The position numbers and the translations under genes were made by a program. A stretch of DNA of 32,000 nt from assembly GCF_000341395.1 (NCBI RefSeq), contig NC_020304.1:3360001-3392000 (forward strand), given 5' to 3'. The notes beneath the pieces are model-generated. The model saw only the letters and a program-made list of their open reading frames with translations. It had not been told where the DNA came from and did not search any database. This stretch comes from Desulfocapsa sulfexigens DSM 10523. GTDB lineage: Bacteria; Desulfobacterota; Desulfobulbia; Desulfobulbales; Desulfocapsaceae. This document shows positions 14,675 through 20,522 of the stretch, piece by piece; position 1 is the stretch's first letter, and each line of letters opens with the position of its first letter.

Positions 14675-15640
14675 ATGAAAAAACTATTTAGCCGTAGAAA
14701 TTTTCTAAAAGGCGGGCTTGCAACGACAGCAGCCGCCGCGGTACTTAAAAATAAAGAAACCAAGGCATCGGGTGACTTCGAAGGATATCCCGATGGCATG
14801 GGTGTACTCGTAGACCTGACCCGTTGTGTTGGCTGCCGATCATGTGAAGCCGCATGTAACAAGGAACAGGAACTTCCAGAACCAGCAAAACCATTCACCG
14901 ATTTTTCAATCTTCGACGAAATGCATCATGGTCAGAAAAGACGCACGGACGAAACAGCTTACACCGTAGTCAATCGGTACGATGTACCAGAACTCGACCA
15001 TCCACTATTCAGGAAATTTCAATGTAATCATTGCCAGGAACCAGCATGCCTCACCTCCTGCTTTGTTAATGCTTATACAAAAACACCTGAAGGTGCTGTT
15101 ATCTATAACTCTAAGGTCTGTGTTGGCTGCAGAACCTGTATGATAGCCTGCCCCTTCTACGTACCAACCTTTAAATATTCCAGTGCATTCAGTCCTAAAA
15201 TCATGAAGTGTGTATTCTGTTACGATACCCGCCTTAAAGAAGGAAAAGCCCCTGCATGTGTTGAGGCATGCCCACAGGAAGCATTGACCTTTGGCAAGCG
15301 TGTTGACTGTATCGATATGGGTCGCCAGCGTATTCGTGAAACTCCTGGGAAATATGTTGATCATATTTATGGCGAGCATGAGGTTGGAGGTACTGCCTGG
15401 ATGTATCTTTCCAGTGTACCTTTTGATAAAGTTGGTTTTGATACCCACGTCCCAAAAGAACCTATCATTAATTCAGTTAAAGACTTCCTTGCCATGGTAC
15501 CAATGGTACTCACCATCTGGCCTGGACTCTTTGTAGGATTCCACTTACTGGCTACACGGAAAGAGAAAATGATGGAAATGGAAAAAGAAAAAGAACTTGC
15601 CAAACAAAAAGCAACCGATGAGAAGGAGGAGCAGGTATGA
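14675..15640 (+). CDS. Tat-exported 4Fe-4S subunit with a C-terminal membrane anchor (HybA/HmcB/DsrO-like)
   Basis: The preferred start is ATG 14675, 6 nt after GAGAGGA, giving MKKLFSRRNFLKGG, a classic Tat signal. The ORF-track GTG at 14648 is less likely. Cys clusters: CVGCRSCEAAC, CNHCQEPACLTSC, CVGCRTCMIACP, CVFC...CVEACP. It has a C-terminal TM helix (FLAMVPMVLTIWPGLFVGFHLLA) and a K/E-rich tail. Confidence 0.9.
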   Translation: MKKLFSRRNFLKGGLATTAAAAVLKNKETKASGDFEGYPDGMGVLVDLTRCVGCRSCEAACNKEQELPEPAKPFTDFSIFDEMHHGQKRRTDETAYTVVNRYDVPELDHPLFRKFQCNHCQEPACLTSCFVNAYTKTPEGAVIYNSKVCVGCRTCMIACPFYVPTFKYSSAFSPKIMKCVFCYDTRLKEGKAPACVEACPQEALTFGKRVDCIDMGRQRIRETPGKYVDHIYGEHEVGGTAWMYLSSVPFDKVGFDTHVPKEPIINSVKDFLAMVPMVLTIWPGLFVGFHLLATRKEKMMEMEKEKELAKQKATDEKEEQV

Positions 15641-16890
15641 AACTCTTTTCAAAAGAACGACCTGATATTCCAATCGTCAACCATCTCAAAGCAGATGGTA
15701 CAGAGTGGACAGTTAAAGAAAAACTCTGGTTAGGCCTGTCAGTATCAGAGTACAAAAAACAGTTTTTCAGAAATCCTGTAAACTGGCTGATGATAGCAAT
15801 TTTTGCTGTTGGTGTTCCACTTATTGTTGGACGTTATATCTTTGGTCTTGGCTGGGTAACCCATGCCTCCAATGACTATCCCTGGGGTCTTTTTCTTGGA
15901 TTCGGACTTTTTGGAATGGTCCCACTTTCAGCATCAGGATTTATGCTTGGAACAACAGTAGAGCTTTTTGGCAGAAAAGATTTTCATGCCATTGAACGCT
16001 TAGCCCTGCTCAACGGTCTTCTCGGTTACTTCTTTGCTGTACTGTTCCTTGAGGTTGACCTTGGCATGCCATGGCGTCTTCCTTACCCTATGTTCGTGTC
16101 TCTAGGACCTGCTGCCGTACTTTTTCTTGTTGCATGGCATGTTGCCACCTATCTTTCTGTTCAAATAGCAGAAGTACTCCCTGCCTTTTTTGAGTGGATT
16201 GGCTGGCTCAAAGGAAAACGTATAATCAGGAAGTATGTTCTTGGACTCACAGTAGCAGGAATTATCCTTTCTACACTCCATCAGGGAGCTCTGGGTGCAT
16301 TATTCACCTATGCACCTGCAAAAGTCCATCCATTATGGCTGTCGGTGAATTTCCAATGGATACATTTTTTCTGCTCATCTATTTTTGCAGGATTATCCAT
16401 GGTCATAATTGCATCAACACTAATTAAAAACTTCATGGGATGGCGCTGTGATGATGAATTCAAAGACAATCTTGACTACATCACCATAGGACTGGCAAAA
16501 GGTGCTTCATATGCCATGATAACATACCTGATCATCAAAATAGTTGCGGTTGCTCATGACCAGGAATGGTCATATCTTCTCACCGGATGGGGCAGTTACT
16601 ACATGTTGGAACTTGGCGTTGCAGTGGTACTTCCAATGTTTATGTTTGCCATTGGTATCAGGAATAAATGGGTAACACTCATTAGATTCGGTGCCTTTAT
16701 TGCTGCATTTGGTATCATCTGGAATCGTCTGAACACTGCTCTTATTTGTTACAACTGGCAGATGTATCAGGAAATTCCTCACTGGAAGGAAGTGTGGATA
16801 ACGATTACAATTTACTCACTCTATTTCCTGACCTACCGCTTTATCGTCTATCGCCTTCCCATCGTATATGGATGGAAGGGTGAAAAATAA
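15637..16890 (+). CDS. NrfD/HybB/DsrP-family polytopic membrane subunit
   Basis: ATGA overlap with the FeS gene stop. 417 aa with about 10 TM helices. The N-terminal block YPWGLFLGFGLFGMVPLSASGF is typical of this family. Confidence 0.85.
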   Translation: MKLFSKERPDIPIVNHLKADGTEWTVKEKLWLGLSVSEYKKQFFRNPVNWLMIAIFAVGVPLIVGRYIFGLGWVTHASNDYPWGLFLGFGLFGMVPLSASGFMLGTTVELFGRKDFHAIERLALLNGLLGYFFAVLFLEVDLGMPWRLPYPMFVSLGPAAVLFLVAWHVATYLSVQIAEVLPAFFEWIGWLKGKRIIRKYVLGLTVAGIILSTLHQGALGALFTYAPAKVHPLWLSVNFQWIHFFCSSIFAGLSMVIIASTLIKNFMGWRCDDEFKDNLDYITIGLAKGASYAMITYLIIKIVAVAHDQEWSYLLTGWGSYYMLELGVAVVLPMFMFAIGIRNKWVTLIRFGAFIAAFGIIWNRLNTALICYNWQMYQEIPHWKEVWITITIYSLYFLTYRFIVYRLPIVYGWKGEK

Positions 16891-16911
16891 AAATCTGTAG
16901 TCATCTTAACA

Positions 16912-16945
16912 GCCAGAGTTTCCAAGAGTATTTGGAAACTCTGGC
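16912..16945 (+). other. Intercistronic 14-bp perfect stem-loop without a U-tract
   Basis: gccagagtttccaa (16912-16925), loop gagtat, ttggaaactctggc (16932-16945). It lies between the NrfD-like gene and the sensor gene. Confidence 0.6.
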
Positions 16946-16980
16946 CACTTCCATACCCTACAACAAAAGAGAGATAAAAG

Positions 16981-18405
16981 ATGAGAAACTTTCTTTCAAA
17001 ACTATCCTTGAAACGTATATTCTCTCTTTTTACTGTCACAACCATAGTCCTGCTTTTCATTGTGATCTTCTTTGCAGGAAAACAGTATTTTCTCTTTCGA
17101 CATTGCGAAAAACTTGTTGACTCAAGCCAGCATCTCCTCTTTCAATTTACCGGAATAAAAGAACACATAAACGAAACCCTGCTCAGTAACGGCACACTGA
17201 ACACTCCTGAAATAAACAAGGAAATCCAAAGCCTCGACTCACAGTTACAACATATACTGGAAGACATTCTCATTCCCGAGGAATTCAAACTTAACTTTAT
17301 CAGTCAGCTCGATCTTGTAAATATCACAGTGGCATTGAGGAATTTGCAAAACAGCACTCCTCCGATCAATAACGAGCAGTTGGCGACACTTTCTGCCCAA
17401 CTCCGTAGTGTCAATTCAAAACTCACCGGTTTTCATGAATTGATAAGCAGATACACCCAGACGCAGCTCCTGGGACTTCATAAAGCACTTGTTGGACTCC
17501 TTTCAATCGTAATTGCTTTGGTGAGCATCATGCTTCTCACCATAAATCGATATATAACCTCCCCCATCCTTCATTATTGCCGGACACGTTCTCCGAGTGA
17601 AACAGAGCCAGTAACTCTCTTTTCCCTACATAAAACAATCGAAACATTGGCAGACAATCCTGTTGCAGGATCGGTAACTAGCCCAGATGACAGTCTTGAG
17701 TTGACACGTCTCTACAGATACAGCTCAATAGGACACTTGCTTGGAGGGCTCAGTCATGAACTGACAAATATTTCGAATGGTATTCTTAATTACACCCAGG
17801 CAATTATTGACCTGAGTAATGATTCTAATTTAGATGCGGACTCTCGACAGCTACTGCACAAACTTTTTGTTGAAGAAAAAAAGATGTCTCAGCTTCTGAG
17901 CAATATGATTGCTTTTACAAGTGGTAGTGCCCAGGGACAGGCAAAAGTACTTTCTGTTGAAGAACTTTTTGAAAACATTAGGACACTCGTTCACGGAACC
18001 TTTAAAAGTGAACAAATAAACCTCAATATTAAACTCAGCAATCCGGCATTTATGCTGAAAAACCATGTAAGTGATTTACAACTTGTCATCCTTTCTGCCA
18101 TACAAAATAGCCGAACGGCCCTCAATTATCGTTATGTGGGGGTTGTCCCCGAGTCAGAAAAGAAAACAATACAGCTCTCCTTCGACGAACCTCTCCAGAA
18201 TAGCAACAGCATATGTGTCGAGATTCTTGATAACGGTGCCAGTCATTCTAAAACGGCAGATGGGAGTAAAACGACCAGGCCATGGCACAATATGAATGTC
18301 TGCAAAAGTTTTCTTCAGACCTTTGGCGGAACCCTTGAGCTCACCAGAACGAGTGACAAAACCAATCGTTGCCTTATCTGTCTTCCTTTATCAAAAGATA
18401 ATTAA
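16981..18405 (+). CDS. Two-TM sensor histidine-kinase-like protein with an intact H-box but degenerate ATP-binding boxes (sensor paralog B)
   Basis: It has the same TM / 130-aa loop / TM layout as the 1136 protein, and the loop is homologous. H-box LSHELTNISNGILNYTQ, N-box ILSAIQNSRTAL. G1 is DNGASH instead of DNGxGI. No F-box or GxGLGL G2 is present (RPWHNMNVCKSF in that position). Confidence 0.85.
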   Translation: MRNFLSKLSLKRIFSLFTVTTIVLLFIVIFFAGKQYFLFRHCEKLVDSSQHLLFQFTGIKEHINETLLSNGTLNTPEINKEIQSLDSQLQHILEDILIPEEFKLNFISQLDLVNITVALRNLQNSTPPINNEQLATLSAQLRSVNSKLTGFHELISRYTQTQLLGLHKALVGLLSIVIALVSIMLLTINRYITSPILHYCRTRSPSETEPVTLFSLHKTIETLADNPVAGSVTSPDDSLELTRLYRYSSIGHLLGGLSHELTNISNGILNYTQAIIDLSNDSNLDADSRQLLHKLFVEEKKMSQLLSNMIAFTSGSAQGQAKVLSVEELFENIRTLVHGTFKSEQINLNIKLSNPAFMLKNHVSDLQLVILSAIQNSRTALNYRYVGVVPESEKKTIQLSFDEPLQNSNSICVEILDNGASHSKTADGSKTTRPWHNMNVCKSFLQTFGGTLELTRTSDKTNRCLICLPLSKDN

Positions 18406-18484
18406 TGGAAGTAATACGATAAAAAAAACGACAATATGATTACGAAACAACATATTATATTGTTTGTACTGTTCTCAGTCGAGA

Positions 18485-19405
18485 TCAACCAGCAACTTTC
18501 TCCGCAAAAAGAGTATGGCTGGCTGCAGTTGATATTGCGAGTACAGCTGGATGAGACAATATTTTTTCAATTGAGATTGCATAAAATCGATATTGCACCT
18601 TTTCCGTTCTCCCCACAATAGAAACCTTATACTGACGCTGCACCTCCTCTTCAATCACCGTTGGTGCCATAAAAACACCATCACCTCGCTGACCGAAGGC
18701 TTTAAGCAGAGCAGCGTCATCAAATTCACCAACGATTAAAGGTGTGATCTTGAGAGACTCAAACCATACATCCAGATCGTTTCTCAAGGTGGTTTCCTGC
18801 AATGGCATCAGTATTGGGGTCCCACTGAGGGAATAAGGAAAATCTGCTTCAAGAGGGCCACTGAGTTCGTCTACTCCAAAAAATGTTACACCACATTCCC
18901 CAAGTATGTGATTATAAGCTTTGATGCTCATACCAGTTCCGATGGGTGAATCGCTGATTATGATATCAAGTTTGTGCAGGGCCAGCTCTGCAAGCAGGGC
19001 TTCTTTTTTGTTTTCACAACAGATCAGGCGTATCGGTTCCGGCAGCTTGAATACCGGATCAAGGAGATCACGTACTATCATCTTGGGAAGTGCATCAACG
19101 ATCCCAACTCGCAGAGGGATTCGCCCGGCCTTTGGATGCCCATGGATCGTATCCATCAACTCTCTTCCAAGTGAAAATATTTCATCTGCATATTGGAATA
19201 CCAATTGACCCATTTCAGTGGGTTCAATGTTGCGCCCCACGCGATGGAAGAGCTTCACCTCAAGAGTTTCTTCAAGTGTGGTGAGTTGGGAGCTGATGGT
19301 AGAAGGTACCAAGTTGAGCCGCTTACCGGCTGCAGTAATGCCGCCCTCGCGTACAACGTTCCAGAAATAATAAAGATGATGATAGTTGAGCCATTCCATA
19401 CACAC
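18485..19405 (-). CDS. LysR-family transcriptional regulator, NhaR-like
   Basis: The N-terminal wHTH is MEWLNYHHLYYFWNVVREGGITAAGKRLNLVPSTISSQLTTLEETLEVKLFHR. It closely follows the NhaR N-terminus pattern (NYNHLYYFW...). A LysR substrate-binding-type C-terminal region follows. Confidence 0.88.
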   Translation of the reverse strand: MCMEWLNYHHLYYFWNVVREGGITAAGKRLNLVPSTISSQLTTLEETLEVKLFHRVGRNIEPTEMGQLVFQYADEIFSLGRELMDTIHGHPKAGRIPLRVGIVDALPKMIVRDLLDPVFKLPEPIRLICCENKKEALLAELALHKLDIIISDSPIGTGMSIKAYNHILGECGVTFFGVDELSGPLEADFPYSLSGTPILMPLQETTLRNDLDVWFESLKITPLIVGEFDDAALLKAFGQRGDGVFMAPTVIEEEVQRQYKVSIVGRTEKVQYRFYAISIEKILSHPAVLAISTAASHTLFAEKVAG

Positions 19406-19408
19406 ACC

Positions 19409-19450
19409 CTATTGTTTGTTTTATCGAACGATAACTATTGTTTTATCAAC
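19409..19450. promoter_or_regulatory. Divergent-promoter operator candidates: direct repeat plus a 6-bp-arm palindrome
   Basis: ctattgtttgttttatcgaac (19409-19429) and ctattgttttatcaac (19435-19450) form a direct repeat. The palindrome ttatcg-aa-cgataa is at 19421-19434. These lie between the LysR gene and the lipoprotein gene. Confidence 0.4.
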
Positions 19451-19525
19451 TTGTCCCAACAATTCTTCATAATTACTCTTTTTTATAAGGGTTTAAAATA
19501 ATAATTTCACCCAGGAGTCAGAATA

Positions 19526-19756
19526 ATGAAATTAAACTTCAAAATGAGACTGATACTTCTAGGTTTGTTGTCTTTTACAGGATTGACGGCATGTGACCAG
19601 GCAGACAAAATGATTGATGATGCTGCAGAAACCGCAAAACAGACAGTGAGTACGGTAAAAGACAGGGCTGCTGAGGTACTGGACACCACAGAAGAAAAAG
19701 ACTCAGAAGAGGACTCAACAGAGAAAAAAGAAGATAAAGAAAAGGATAAAGACTGA
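19526..19756 (+). CDS. Small acidic lipoprotein
   Basis: AGGAG RBS. Signal peptide with lipobox LLSFTGLTAC. The mature part is about 55 aa and highly acidic (EEKDSEEDSTEKKEDKEKDKD). Confidence 0.75.
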   Translation: MKLNFKMRLILLGLLSFTGLTACDQADKMIDDAAETAKQTVSTVKDRAAEVLDTTEEKDSEEDSTEKKEDKEKDKD

Positions 19757-19852
19757 CCACAACGAACTTGAGCGTCGGCCACTTTTCTTTACCTCTCCCT
19801 TTTTATCTCCTGGCAGGCGCTCATTCTTTTCATCGCAACTCGAAGAAGCTCT

Positions 19853-20190
19853 ATGAAGATTTTATTGAAAACCCACAACCTTGAATTGATTCGGGAGACA
19901 ACCACCAGCATGGATAGATGTCTTCGTATTGCCCTCGGTAGATTTTTAGTATCAAGTAATAAGGTTACAGTACGCTTGACGGATTTCAGCGTGTTAAAGG
20001 AACCATTGATAAAGAGTGTTTTATCTTTCTTAGCCAGCGAAAAGGAGGTGAGGTTATTGCCTAGAGAAGGGGCGGATATTGCAATCAAACCTTAAATCGC
20101 TATACAAATCAATTGGCCGTGCAGTTGAGCGGGAACTGGAAGCTGACCTTGATGGTGAGCGCATTGACAAATTGTCAAATAAAAACAGGA
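19853..20190 (+). pseudogene. HPF/RaiA-like (short form) gene remnant with two -1 frame changes
   Basis: The 19853 frame gives MKILLKTHNLEL...ALGRFLVSSNKVTVRLTD. The frame starting near 19978 gives DGFQRVKGTIDKECFIFLSQRKGGEVIA, with a stop at 20062. A third frame from about 20064 gives ...SLYKSIGRAVERELEADL. Joined together, these follow the short-HPF pattern as I remember it: ALGRF..VxVxLsD.NG.KGG.DK.C......l..AI..A..r..r.l.r. Family assignment is from memory only. Confidence 0.35.
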
Positions 20191-20197
20191 GGATGCC

Positions 20198-20479
20198 ATG
20201 GGACGTGAGAAACTGCTGTTTAAAAGTGAAGAGAAGAAGAATAGTGCTGAAATCGTGGCATTTTTACGCAACATTGCCGATAAGATCGAACAGGATGGAA
20301 GTATGACCTTGCTGCAGGGTGAAGACAGGGTTGTCCTTGATTTTCCGAGCAGTATGACCATGGAAATCAAGGTCGAAGATGAAGAAAAAAGACGCAAGGG
20401 CACTAAGCGCACATTTGAAATTGAACTCGAGTGGTACCCCGACTCTGACTACAAACAAAGAAGCGTAGTCATAGAATAA
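20198..20479 (+). CDS. Small acidic protein, amphi-Trp-domain-like
   Basis: Strong RBS AGGAGG 5 nt upstream. 93 aa. The C-terminal FEIELEWYP block resembles the amphi-Trp domain signature as I remember it. It lies directly upstream of the P-type ATPase. Confidence 0.65.
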   Translation: MGREKLLFKSEEKKNSAEIVAFLRNIADKIEQDGSMTLLQGEDRVVLDFPSSMTMEIKVEDEEKRRKGTKRTFEIELEWYPDSDYKQRSVVIE

Positions 20480-20522
20480 ATTCAAACTATTAACCAATAC
20501 TTCAGAGCTGGAAATTGACAGC

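Noticed and set aside
20079-20412. ORFs 20079-20306 (+) and 20092-20412 (-)
   Set aside because: The + ORF is the third frame segment of the HPF-like remnant running into the amphi-Trp-like gene. The minus ORF is antisense to that well-supported gene.
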